This document shows positions 12,802 to 31,075 of a DNA stretch of 64,000 nt, piece after piece (the first letter of the stretch is position 1; the number at the start of each line of letters is the position of its first letter). The position numbers were made by a program, and so were the translations under genes. The notes below the pieces were generated by a model. That model did no database searches. It saw only the letters and a program-made list of their open reading frames with translations, and was not told the DNA's origin. This DNA comes from the human T2T-CHM13v2.0 reference genome, Homo sapiens. The stretch is taken from assembly GCF_009914755.1 (NCBI RefSeq), contig NC_060947.1. One strand, given 5' to 3'.

Positions 12802-13809
12802 GTATCTTTTAACATTTCTTCTCTTACTTTACACACTAAAGTAGAAAATTTGGTTTCCCCCAAATTAGTCCCAAAGAAAGTGACAGATAATAAATAAATT
12901 AACTAGCAATCCCTAGTTCAATACCAATGTAGTTTTATTGTGTTGTGGCTGGGAGTGTAACATTAGCACAATACCTAAATATTGTTGGTGCTTGATAAAT
13001 ATTTGCTTGTTAAGTAGTCCTTTTTCTGTTATGTTTTATATCTGGGAGTCTTATCTCTGGTCAATGGAGCCCTCTCATGTACATTTAGCTCACATCAGCC
13101 TAAATCAACTCTTTCTCAATGATGTTGGCACTACCTTTTGCCAAGCAAGGTCTTCACACACTGCAGATCCGGCCTCTATTTGTGTGATTTGAGGAATCGC
13201 AGCCTACTCCCCCACCCCCAACTTGTTCCAAATTAGCCTCCTAGCCACCCACAGGCCTGCTGCCATCCCTGACATTCCCACCAAGATAACCATTCCTTTA
13301 GGTTAATACATAGTTTCCAGAGTAGAAAGGAACCAAAACCAGGGACAACAGATGTCAAAACAAACAACTCTATAATTGAAGAACACACTTGTCATCCCAC
13401 CCCCTAACTCCCCAACCTCTACTAGCACGGACGGCAGAAGGTAGTATTTCCCATCTAAGAACTTCACTGTGCCTTTGCAAGTTAATTTCCAGTCTTCACA
13501 GTCAGTCTTCATGAAGCTAAATGAGTTGCTATTAAAAGGCTCAGTGATTCACCCTTTTCTCATTCTTGGCAGGGCTAAAGGGAGAAAAGAGGGCAGAGGA
13601 GGTGGATGTATAACATTGTGAGGCGCTAACTTTATTATGAGAGGACCAGCCTTATAGTTATGGGGCAGTTAAGGAAAGGTCTGTCTCATCAAGTTTAGAC
13701 TACAGTTTGAGAACTAAAGCTCATCTTTAAACAATGTGTGTTTATTCATTCATTCAATAAGTATTTATCAAGCACCTACTATGGGTCTACCACCATGTTG
13801 GGCTGTATA

Positions 13810-14188
13810 GCAGGTGCTGAAATCTGCCATGCCCATACCCCTGGGATCTTCCCATAGGCCGCCTACAGAGAATTCTTTTACAGGCTAATGGACTCCCTCT
13901 GAAGGTGTTCGTTAACCTCTAAAGAGTGTGCTCACCCTGTCTGGGACAGGCCAGAAGTACCAGGATGGAAGTGGATGAGGACTCCAACTTCCTACCCCTC
14001 AAGGTAGTCCACAGTCTTTCAGAAGGTTCCAGGAGGGATTAAGTCCCTGTTGCCTCCAGTGGTAACCTGCTAATTCATGCACTTTTGACTGATTTTCCAC
14101 CTTCCCTCCTGCTTTTCCTACAATCACATCCCAAATAAACCAAATCCTTGTCTCAGAGTCTGTTTTGAGAGAAGCCCAAACTAGGACA
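13810..14188 (+). mobile_element. LTR16-family (ERVL) solo LTR
   Basis: 3' end CCCAAATAAAC...AAATCCTTGTCTCAGAGTCTG...CCAAACTAGGACA. Confidence 0.7.
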
Positions 14189-14463
14189 AGAAACGTCTGT
14201 GTACGTGTGGTAAGCTGACGTGCACTATAATATCTTTAGACATAGAGTGCCCAAGACTACTCTTCTGGAGCCCTGAAAAGTGAGTAACACAGAATGGGGG
14301 CATGTCTTGCTGTGGGTGAGAACTGTACCACCTAGGCCTACACAGTTTACTGTCTGCATTAACATAGCTTTCCTATTCAGCCCACTTTACTAACTTTACT
14401 AACATCACTTTACAATTCTGCTGTCTTTATCAACATTGACTTTACTATTCCAAAAAAAAATTT

Positions 14464-14868
14464 TGTCTAAGAGGATAAAAGTTGCAAATAAGGTTTTTCC
14501 AGAAACCTTCCCCAAGAAAATTGTTTAAGTGAAAATCAAACTATTCAATTCAATAGACAGCATCAACAGCTATTTACTCCCTAAGACTCTTTAATAAAAA
14601 CATTCACCTCAAAATCTCCCCTTGCTGTGTCCACCAATTTTAAACTACTATATCATGATTCTTATCCAATGATGATCAATCCTCTGCATGAAAGGCCCAC
14701 TTTAAACTAGTATCTGAAGCCTTATAAACATCACAACTTAGCCCTTTCCCCTAAGGAAGCTACTAAGACTGCATTGAGGTAATGCTCACCCTTACTGCGG
14801 TAAGAGTAAACTTAACTTTGTCTTATTAACAGGTTGTTAGGGTAGTATTCTCAGGAATCCAGCATTCA
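14464..14868 (+). mobile_element. Probable old ERV LTR, family unassigned
   Basis: LTR-like layout with CCAAT, TATAAA and AGTAAA; family not recognised. Confidence 0.35.
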
Positions 14869-14959
14869 AAGGCAGTGGAAAACAGGGTTGGGGGTGAATA
14901 TCCTTAGATAAGACCATCTCTGTGAGTTCTTGGTAGAGTTTCATACAAGATGCGTAGCA

Positions 14960-15093
14960 TGCCAGGTGCAGTGGCACCCACCTGTAGTCCCAGCTACTTG
15001 GGATGCTGAGGCAGAAGGATCACTTGACCCCAGGGTTTCAAGTCCAGCCTCAGCAATATAACAAGACTCTATCTCAAAAAAAAAAAAAAAAAA
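14960..15093 (+). mobile_element. Alu monomer (FLAM_A-like)
   Basis: Single Alu arm plus poly(A); degenerate TSD ending GTAGCA. Confidence 0.9.
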
Positions 15094-15617
15094 GAGTAGC
15101 AGATTTTCATGACAGATATTAGAAGATGGTAGTCTCCTGGAGGGGTAAAGACTCAAGGTCAGAAGAGCAAGGTTAAGGATGCACAAAGGGATCCCCTGTG
15201 AAGGGTTTCAATCCCTGAGTACATTTTTCAAAGACCATGGAAATAAGACACAATCAATACACAGTTTGAAAGTCCTTCCCCCATAGGTTGTAATTCCCTT
15301 TAGCATTCTTTGACCCTTCCATAAAGCCTGAATTACCTACAAAACTTTGTGAGTGGCAAAGTGAGTGGCAAAACTTTGTAAAGGCAAGTAGAGGACAAGG
15401 TCATGAGAGGAAAGGTAAGTCTTGACTATATCCCTGCTCCTCCCATCTGAAAACACTCTGGTTAGGGGCAGCAGAGTACATCAAGGAGGACTGCAGTTTA
15501 ATGCAGGTCAATGGCCCAGGCCATGCCCAACTGAGGTCCATGAGAAAACAGGAAATCAATAACACAGCCTTTGGAGTATAATAAGGAGAACCTCAGGGAG
15601 CCTCCTCTCTTGCTCAA

Positions 15618-15934
15618 AGGTACCTATCCAAGAGAAATATCACATGAGCCACACATGTGAGCCACATGTGTAACTTAAAATTTCTTGAAGCATATATTAA
15701 AATGTAAAAAGAAATAGGTGAAATTAATGTTCGTATTTTATTAAAATAATGTATTCAAAATATTATCATTTCAACATGTAATCAATATAAAAAGTATTAA
15801 TGAGATTATTTTCCCTTTTACTAAGTCTTTGAAATTCAATGTGTATTTTGCACTTACAGCACATTTCAGTTTAGCCACATTTTAAATGCTGCATTGCCAC
15901 ATGTAGCTCATGGCTGCAGTATTGAACAGCATAG
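15618..15934. mobile_element. MER33-like hAT-Charlie element
   Basis: Homologous to 2315-2636 in the same orientation. Confidence 0.8.
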
Positions 15935-16049
15935 GACTATGGAAAGGTGACCCTGGGAAAAAAACAGACCCTGGGATAACAACCCCTCATTCACTATGTT
16001 TCATTTAGCAGCTGAACCAGTGCCCTCTATAGAAACCAGAGACCAAAAC

Positions 16050-16437
16050 CAGCAGGAGTGAGCCATGGGGGAGGAATAAGGAATGAACCGGAAGCCAGCC
16101 CTCCTCTTAGAGATAATTGTGTGTGTAGCCAGCTCTACTGTCTGGGCTACACATCTGCTGTGTCAAAACCCAATTTGGATTCTCACTTTCTACTCTGTCA
16201 GGAACAAGTTGTACTTCCTGATCCCTTTATTTTCCTCTATTATTCCCTCTGTAAATTTCTCTTTCAAAACAAGAAAAAAAGATTCTGGCTCATTCTGCTT
16301 GCTGTGCTGTGAGCAATAAAGTCTTTGTTTCTGATCCGAGGGTCTTATATCTTCTGCCAGTATCCATGAAACTGTGGCAAGCTAACTTGTCAGCTTTCAA
16401 GTAGGGTCAAATCTCAGACCTTTCACAATTCTTGACA
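16050..16437 (+). mobile_element. MER34-family (ERV1) LTR; 5' boundary approximate
   Basis: AATAAAGTCTTTGTTTCTGA...AAGTAGGGTCAAATCTCAGACCTTTCACAATTCTTGACA. Confidence 0.7.
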
Positions 16438-17087
16438 TTATCATTCCATCCTTCAATGCCTAACCAAGGTCTAACTCCAAGGAGGAATTAGAGGCACCTT
16501 TACTCAGAGCTATTAACACTTCTTGTTTCTACTCAGCCTTTAGCATTTACAATATAGAATTTTAAAATAATTTTTAAATAATTTTGTGTGTCTACCTTTT
16601 AATATCTCCAATTCCCCCATTGCTCTATGCATAATATTCATTAAAATGCTTGCTGAGTGACTCATTGATTTTGTCCCACACATGTGAAACATCGGAGAAA
16701 TTTCACACCGTGTGATCACCGAGTCCTACCTTTCCCACTTCCTACATTCAGATGTGCTGATGGTGTGTGCCCATCTCTTCTCCTCCCATGCACCATCAAC
16801 CTTCCTCCTTCATTCCCACTCTTCTTAATTTTCCTTTCTTCTATAGTAACTTACCATGCTTTCACCTTAAAACACTAAACCAGATCAACTCAGTGAAAAA
16901 AAAAAAAACCCTTGAACCTGGAGTTATGGGATGCAGAAGCTAAAGATCACTTTTTAGTGAAATCGATGAATGCCCTAAGCACACTTGCCTTTAGGTTGCC
17001 TCAGGTAAAAAATCCTTCCTTTTCTTTACAAATGCAAATCCCATTAGAAAGAGGCTGCACTTAACGTACTAAAGTTAACAGATTTTT

Positions 17088-17412
<325 letters not shown>

Positions 17413-18136
17413 ACAGATTTCCAGTCCTTTTTTTCCATAGAAAAAATAAATAATTATGGCATGAGTCCAATGACAGATGAAGGATATTTGCCATTCTACT
17501 GCAAGTTAATTACACCAGAAAATTCCAATTATTTTAACCTACCCACTACATAATATTTGAAAAGATAATCTTTTATTCTCTAAATATGAGTTTTTTTTTC
17601 TTCCCTTCCTACTTTTTCTTTCCTTCTTTTTCCCTTCCTTTCTTCCTCTTTTATTTCTTGTTTTCAAGTCCATAGCAGTTAACATGCATTTTTTTCATAG
17701 CTTTTCTTGGTGGGGTACATGGTAAGCAGCTCAGATTAGTCTATAATATCAGAACTTTCTAAGTTATATTAGAGATACGGAATTGTGCTCTCAAACTACA
17801 AGATGTGTCTATAACCTGATTGAGGGTTAATCTATGAGAATTGGAGTTTGTCAGCTATAGACAGAGTAGAAGGATAAGGTAGGTTGAACTAAAACTTCTC
17901 CCCAACATTCCCTTCCTTCGTGATCAGAGTTAGAGGCAGGAAGAACACTGAGCTTTGGAGAAGAGCAACTTCACTGTGGCACCATTCATAGTCCATTATC
18001 ATAGGAAGTTCTGTACTGAAACTCAAGATGTATAAGCAATGAATGCAGCTTAGTTTAATAAGGAGGAGAAAGATCATATTGATATTATCGTGCAATTTTT
18101 AAGTAGTCTTTCAAAGGCCATTCATCCCTTAGATGG

Positions 18137-18858
<722 letters not shown>

Positions 18859-19709
18859 GATGGTGACTGGTGCTCAATTTTTAGGAACCTAAAAGGAATT
18901 CTTCTGCACTCTACTGTCTTTTCTCCACCCCATTCATAAGACCAGAGCTTCCCATACTGTGATAACCAGCTAAAGTGAAGGGAAAAGTCCTCTACATCCA
19001 GGAGACTACTGGGGTGTCTGAATTCAAAAGTCTCAAGAAGAGATGGGAATTTTACTACTCTGTAGGGAGGGTTAGCAATCTCTAGGGAAGTGCTGGGAGG
19101 GGCACTCAACAGGGAAGATCTTAAGAGAGGACTGAAGGAGAAGTGGAAGAGCAAGAGAACAAGGGGAATTCACATGAGACATACTCTAACGGCTCACAGA
19201 GTGATGCTTTTGCCTCTATGTATAATACAAAGGACCAAAGAAGCTAAACCAGAGTTGTAATACTTGCTTTCCTTCTCACACCATTCTCCAACTATTTAAA
19301 TTGTGATCATTTCCTGAACCACTGGATAAAGAACTGCTCCATCAAGGTGCTATGAGTATTTGGCTTACGGAAGACAGAAAGGGCAGGATTCACAATGGAC
19401 AGATGATAAACCCCACTCCAAGGTCATCTGAGGGTCACTGGCTCAACCATCACAGTGAAGAGTCTCAACCAGCCAACTTGGGTGGGCATGAAACTGTCTC
19501 CCCCAACCTTTTCTTTCCCAAGAGGGTAGCTAGCAACCTGCCCTGTGGGAAAGACAGTAGTGACAGTCAAAATCACCATATCCAACTAAACACCAGCCAG
19601 GTGAGGGTATGTCTAGATGCTCATAATGCACACATTACTGATGGCAAAAATGTCTCTATGGTGGAGTAGTAGACATCAGACTTACTCAGCCTGATCTCAT
19701 TTGTGGTGG

Positions 19710-20429
19710 ATATTTGTTGTTTTTTTTTACAACATGGGTTCCAAACACTCTTCTTTTGTGGGGAGTCCCCAGATGTCAGGTCCTAGTCTCCCATCATGAA
19801 GTCAAGGAAAGTGCTGCTCTATTTAGTAGTACACTGTTTAATTAAACTGACACTTTTTCCACAGCAAAGCTGCCTAAGTAGGAAAAGCACTAAATTGATT
19901 TACATTCGAGCATGAGTTCCTTGCCTCATCACAAAATAAAAATGATCATTCCAAGGCCTGGCACCAGTCTGCAGATGACACTTTGAGAAGCACAGGTCTG
20001 GGGGCCATATATTTCCTCTTCTAGCATCCCAATAGCTGTGTAGATGCATATGACCTGAACTCAGCAACCAGATGTTCCTAGCCAGGTCTTTGGATCTTGA
20101 AGGAGAGAAACGAAGATGCAAGGACAGCTGAGAAGCTATACATGGTGGTGTGAGCATTTCCCAAAAAATCAGCAGTAGCATCAGGCATTGAGAGTCCAAA
20201 GGTAGTAGCAGCATCAACTGCTCAGATTTCCGACAGCAGTGGAACACTGAACTGATGATAATGTGTCTGCCATTCATAGCCTCTCTTGGTTCCCATTGTC
20301 TTCTGAGCCTGGCTTTCCAGCCTACTCATCACGTCTGTGTACTGACCAAGAAGTACCAATGAATTTCTTTTCTGCTTAGGTGAGTCAATAGGGAATTTTG
20401 TTGCCTGCACTCAAGAAACTTGACCAACA
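19710..20429 (+). mobile_element. Old ERVL LTR (LTR33/LTR41-like)
   Basis: 3' end TTTTCTGCTTAG...TTTTGTTGCCTGCACTCAAGAAACTTGACCAACA. Confidence 0.55.
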
Positions 20430-21733
20430 AACCCTTTAACATTCAAATCAGGTGACTGATGATGCCTGTTCAGATTCCAAGCTCACCAAGCAATTTCATG
20501 ATGGTAATTTGGCTTCTCGTGTGTTAGCTAGAAATTCTGGATTTCCTGGTAACTATGTTTGTCATTAAAATTAACTAATTGGCATTAGGTTTTAAACTTC
20601 ACATGATGAGTAGGAATAATGTGACTGCACACCAGAGAGAAAGATCTACTCTCTATATGTTGACACAATTGGATTTTATATGCTACAATGCTGCCACCCA
20701 GAAAGCGCATTGTGGCAAATTTACCACAATAAGGGTATCCTATGGAGAACCTTCCTGGCTAGCCACCTGGCCCCGCCCAGGTGAGCCCTTCTGCATAGTT
20801 AGAACTCCTACACTGCCTTCTGACACCTGAGGTCAGTCAGCCCTATGGCTTTCTTACAGAGTTGTTGGGGGTTGAATCAAATTTATTTACAGTCTTCTAA
20901 GTCCGAAACAGGCAATGGACTGAGCAGGTTTGACTGAAGCTCTTAGAAGTCCATAGCTTGCCAGCAAGGCAAGCTATGAATCTTAAAATAAATGTGTGCA
21001 CATGCATCACATTTGCATAGTTCCCCATTTATCACCCATAAACATCCCATATCAAAGCCATATGGGAAGAAATCATTATCAAAAGGCAATCTGTGTCTCC
21101 TTTTTGACTACACCTCATTAATTTCCAACTTGATTCTCTCTAAATTGTGTCATTGAACATTTGTTTTTTGGTTTCACTTCTTTAAACACGAGTAATGATA
21201 AAAACTATACACCTTATATATATGGAGTTGTTTATGGTTTTCAGAGAATTTTCTCACCCAATGTTTCATTCCATCCTTCACAATGATCCCTAGAAGAACT
21301 TTTATCCTTTTTTTTTTTACAAATGATAAAATAGCAAGCCTCATGTTGCACAGCTACTATGTGGCAGAATGTGGACTTAAACATGGATCTTTCAAAACCC
21401 AACAGTCCAATGCAGTGGAAGTTCCTGCCATTATCTGGCAAATTCATGACAATTCTACATTGCATAAGCATTACTTTAAAATACTTGGATAAAGGTGCCT
21501 CCAAAATATTCCAATATTACCCCTCCACTGTCAATGAAGGCACTGGACAAATAAATTTGTATTGGCATCTTCCTTTTAAAAACAAACGAATAATCAAACA
21601 ATCTTCTGTCAGACAAATCTTTTTTTAAATCATTTTGGCTTTTCTCTTTTATTTTGATATAATAGTCCATATGAAATCTCCTATGGTGGAATGAATTCTT
21701 GTTTATGGTATATACATTTAATCTGTTAATGTT

Positions 21734-22210
21734 TCACTTAGAAATTTTAAAAATTGCTCCTAAGCAGCCAAGATGGCCGAATAGGAACAGCTCCGGTCTA
21801 CAGCTCCCAGCGTGAGCGATGCAGAAGATGGGTGATTTCTGCATTTCCATCTGACGTACCGGGTTCATCTCACTAGGGAGTGCCAGACAGTGGGCGCAGG
21901 ACAGTGGGTGCAGCGCACCATGCACGAGCCGAAGCAGGGCGAGGCATTGCCTCACTCGGGAAGCGCAAGGGGTCAGGGAGTTCCCTTTCCTAGTCAAAGA
22001 AAGGGGTGACAGATGGCACCTGGAAAATCGGGTCACTCCCACCTGAATACTGCGCTTTTCTGACAGGCTTAAAAAACGGCGCACCAGGAAATTATATCCC
22101 ACACCTGGCTCGGGGGGTACTACACCCACAGAGTCTCGCTGATTGCTAGCACAGCAGTCTGAGATCAAACTGCAAGGCAGCAGTGAGGCTGGAGGAGGGG
22201 CGCCCGCCAT
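21734..22210 (-). CDS. LINE-1 antisense ORF0, extended to 158 aa; expression unknown
   Basis: MAGAPPPASLLPCSLISDCCASNQRDSVGV... matches the primate ORF0 N-terminus; GCAATGG start context. Confidence 0.6.
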   Translation of the reverse strand: MAGAPPPASLLPCSLISDCCASNQRDSVGVVPPEPGVGYNFLVRRFLSLSEKRSIQVGVTRFSRCHLSPLSLTRKGNSLTPCASRVRQCLALLRLVHGALHPLSCAHCLALPSEMNPVRQMEMQKSPIFCIAHAGSCRPELFLFGHLGCLGAIFKISK

Positions 22211-22793
22211 TGCCCAGGCTTGCTTAGGTAAACAAAGCAGCTGAGAAGCTCCAACTGGGTGGAGCCCACCACAGCTCAAGGAGGCCTGCCTGCCTCTGTA
22301 GGCTCCACCTCTGAGGGCAGGACACAGACAAACAAAAAGACAGCAGTAACCTCTGCAGACTTAAATGTCCCTGTCTGACAGCTTTGAAGAGAGCAGTGGT
22401 TCTCCCAGCACGCAGCTGGAGATCTGAGAACAGGCAGACTGCCTCCTCAAGTGTGTCCCTGACCCCTGACCCCCGAGTAGCCTAACTGGGAGGCACCCCC
22501 CAGTAGGGGCAGACTGACACCTCACATGGCCGGGTACTCCTCTGAGACAAAACTTCCAGAGGAACGATCAGACAGCAACATTCGCGGTTCATGAAAATCC
22601 GCGGTTCTGCACCCACCGCTGCTGTTACCCAGGCAAACAGGGTCTGGAGTGGACCTCTAGCAAACTCCAACAGACCTGCAGCTGAGGGTCCTGTCTGTTA
22701 GAAGGAAAACTAACAAACAGAAAGGACATCCACACCAAAAACCCATCTGTACATCACCATCATCAAAGACCAAAAGTAGATAAAACCACAAAG

Positions 22794-23797
22794 ATGGGGA
22801 AAAGACAGAGCAGAAGAACTGGAAACTCTAAAAAGCAGAGCACCTCTCCTCCTCCAAAGGAACACAGTTCCTCACCAGCAACGGAACAAAGCTGGATGGA
22901 GAATGACTTTGACGAGTTGAGAGAAGAAGGCTTTAGACGATCAAACTACTCCGAGCTACAGGAGGAAATTCAAACCAAAGGCAAAGAAGTTGAAAACTTT
23001 GAAAAAAATTTAGATGAATGTATAACTAGAATAACCAATACAAAGAAGTGCTTAAAGGAGCTGATGGAGCTGAATGCCAAGGCTCGAGAACTACGTGAAG
23101 AATGCAGAAGCCTCAGGAGCCGATGCGATCAACTGGAAGAAAGGGTATCAGTGATGGAAGACAAAATGAATGAAATGAAGCGAGAAGGGAACTTTAGAGA
23201 AAAAATGAACAAAGCCTCCAAGAAATATGGGACTATGTGAAAAGACCAAATCTACGTCTGATTGGTGTACCTGAAAGTGATGGGGAGAATGGAACCAAGT
23301 TGGAAAACACTCTGCAGGATATTATCCAGCAGAACTTCCCCAATCTAGCAAGGCAGGCCAACATTCAGATTCAGGAAATACAGAGAATGCCAGAAAGATA
23401 CTCCTCGAGAAGAGCAACTCCAAGACACATAATTGTCAGATTCACCAAAGTGGAAATGAAGGAAAAAATGTTAAGGGTAGCCAGAGAGAAAGGTCGGGTT
23501 ACCCACAAAGGCAAGCCCATCAGACTAACAGCAGATCTCTTGGCAGAAACTCTACAAGCCAGAGGAGAGTGGGGGCCAATATTCAACATTCTTAAAGAAA
23601 AGAATTTTCAACCCAGAATTTCATATCCAGCCACACTAAGCTTCATAAGTGAAGGAGAAATAAAATACTTTACAGACAAGCAAATGCTGAGAGATTTTGT
23701 CACCACCAGGCCTGCCCTAAAAGAGCTCCTGAAGGAAGCACTAAACATGGAAAGGAACAAGCAGTACCAGCCGCTGCAAAATCATGCCAAATTGTAA
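22794..23797 (+). pseudogene. L1 ORF1p, frameshifted
   Basis: MGKRQSRRTGNSKKQS... then KRPNLRLIGVPE...QNHAKL in another frame; small deletion near 23200. Confidence 0.95.
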
Positions 23798-23860
23798 AGA
23801 CCATCGAGGCTAGGAAGAAACTGCATCAACTAACAAACAAAATAACCAGCTAACATCATA

Positions 23861-27685
<3,825 letters not shown>

Positions 27686-28090
27686 ACAATGAGAACACAT
27701 GGACACAGGAAGGGGAACATCACACTCTGAGGACTGTTGTGGGGTGGGGGGAGGGGGGAGGGATAGCATTAGGAGATATACCTAATGCTAAATGACGAGT
27801 TAATGGGTGCAACACACCAGTATGGCACATGTATACATATGTAACTAACCTGTGCACATGTACCCTAAACCTGTGCACATGTACCCTAAAACTTAAAGTA
27901 TAATAATAATAAAATAAAATAAAAAGAAATTTTAAAAATTTATTTTTAATTTTTGTGAGTAGATAGTAGGTATATATATTTATGGAGGGTACATGAAATG
28001 TTTTGATACAGGCATGCAATGCATAATAATCGCATCATAAAGAATGAGGTATCCATTCCCTCAAGCATTTATCCCTTGAGTTATAAACAA

Positions 28091-28781
<691 letters not shown>

Positions 28782-29164
28782 TTATTGACTATAGTCACCC
28801 TGTTGTGCTGTCAAATAGTAGGTCTTACTCATTCTTTCTATTTTTTATACCCATTAACCATCCTCACCTCCCCACCAACCCCCCGTTGCCATTCCCAGCC
28901 TCTGGTAACTATCCTTCTACTCTCTATGTTCATGAGTTCAGTTGTTTTGGTTTTTAGATCCCCTAAATAAGTGAGAACATGCAATATTTGTCTTTCTATG
29001 CCTCTGCCAGACAAATCTTGAACCTCCAAGTCAATAAACTTTGGATTCCCAATAATGCCATTAGGAGGTCAACTTTTAAGTTTGATATTTTATACTCTCC
29101 TGATGCTACAAAATCATGTCTTCATTTTCAGTGAAGTATCAGTGTGTAGTATCTATGTATAGTA

Positions 29165-29370
29165 CTTTACAGCTTGTACAGTGCTTTTATGCACATTTTG
29201 TTAAATTCTTACAGCTACCTCCATGTGATTGCTGGTCTCTCCTGCAAGTATTTTTACCTCAGTTTTGCAGATAAGGAAAGCAGGGCTCATGATGATAAGA
29301 TACCTTTCTCAAAATAACTCATGTCAGAACTGCTAGGGCCAAGACTGGTTCAAACCTCAGTAATCCACCC
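29165..29370 (-). mobile_element. MIR
   Basis: Core TTTTGCAGATAAGGAAAGCAGGGCTCA. Confidence 0.65.
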
Positions 29371-30249
29371 TTTTCATCTTGACAGCATAAAAAGCAATGG
29401 ACCCCATGGGTGCATTCTTTTTTCCCTAAGCAAACAAAAGGCGTAATATTACTGCCTTGGTGCATGGCATCCTATTTTTCTCTGAGTTTCCTTTTCTTCA
29501 CAGTTGCCTCCTCCAAAGGATTAGTACAAATCTGCTCTTCATAGATCTTTTCCTTCCTCCTCATTTTATGAGATAGTTATGAGGATTAAATTTTTAAATA
29601 TATGTAAGAGTACTTTGTAATTATATACAGCATGAGTATATCTAGGAAAGTGTCATTATGAAAATTACAGGTTATTCAGAAGCCAACAATAGCAGCTCTC
29701 CTTCCTCCTCCCTTCTCTCTTCTCCTTTCTCCCTTCTCTCTCTCCTTCCCTCCATCCTAAATAATTCAGAGCAAAAAATGGTAACCCGTAGAATCAACAG
29801 CCAACATAGATACCACAGGGCACAAAAGGCCAGGAATACAAAACATCACAGTCTCCTGAGACACATAAATGACTCTGAGATTGGCCTAAGCTCAGGGCAG
29901 AGCCATGACCATAGCTTCATAAAGCTGAGTCCCTTCTTCCTACCCTAATTATTTGTGGGATAAGTTAAGTGATGAAAGACAGCAAAGTAAATGCAATATG
30001 CTTAGACATCAGTGAAGTATGCCTTGTATTGTTCTACTAAATATCAAAAGTAAACATGTAATCATTTTAAATTAGATAAAATTATTAGAAAAATAATAAA
30101 ATGCATAGTTTTCTTTTTAGAGGACAAACTTAGCCTTTATCCACACATCTCAGTTTTGGTGGGGGGGTTCCCAGAAAGATAAGGTCTCCAAGAGTTCTTG
30201 GCTTTGTCAAGAGAAAAATAATTATGGCAATAGAAACAGAGCTAGCCTT

Positions 30250-30400
30250 TCTCAAACACAGGTTATAACACATGGTTTTTTCTATATGTTAACACATTCT
30301 TCAATCCACACAAAAACCCTAAAAATATACTATTATTCTTACCTTGAGATTAGAAAAATTGAGGCTCAAAAAAGGAAATAGCTTCCCACAGGTCTTTGAT
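30250..30400 (-). mobile_element. MIR
   Basis: Core GATTAGAAAAATTGAGGCTCA. Confidence 0.6.
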
Positions 30401-30599
30401 GCCAAAGCCAAGGCAAATGGTGATGAACTGAGTGAAGTGAAAAGACAAGGAAGAAGGGGAACAATAAATGGAACCAGGAGCAGGGGAGGCATGAGAAGTT
30501 TTCGAGTGTCAATCAGCAAGTAAATCCATTACATGACCAAGACAATGTCAAACTGTGGAACCAACAAGCTAGAAGACATTGCGTGTCACAGGAGTAGCA

Positions 30600-31075
30600 C
30601 CACTGTCTGCACCCCACCCGTATTTCCCACACTTAGCATTTCCACGCACACCAACCTGGCTTCCAACTGCCAGCACCTGCAATTGTCTGCCCTTGGACTT
30701 TCTCTGGCTGCTAGAGCAGCTCTTTCTGCTGGAAGTGCTGAAGGATTAAGATCCCCCTGGGAAGAGCCCTCAACCAATGACTGACAAGAGTGGGTGGATA
30801 CATACCCCAGCTTCCTTGCCCCTCAAGTGGGATGACTCTGAGATGTGTGTTCTACAATGCTTCCCAGGGTTTCTCCCAGTGAGATTGCACCCCTGTTGTC
30901 TGCAATAGTAATTGGCTTAATAACTCTCCCTTTACTGGCTACCGTCTTATTTCTGTCTCACTTCCGCACTCCCCTACCAGTGTTTCTTAGAACTAACTTA
31001 CCAATGAACTACAGAATTTGCATAGAATCTTGTCTCAATATCTTCTTCCTGGGGGGATCTCACATCAAGAAAACA
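30600..31075 (+). mobile_element. LTR16C-like (ERVL) solo LTR
   Basis: TTCCAACTGCCAGCACCTGC...CTCAACCAATGACTGAC...CCCCAGCTTCCTTGCCCCTC. Confidence 0.8.

Noticed and set aside
20688-20710. CTCF-like TGCTGCCACCCAG
   Set aside because: Only half of the core motif matches
21400-21575. Possible minus-strand coding exon beside the L1
   Set aside because: Acceptor-like site exists but all three frames hit stops and no homologue is recognised
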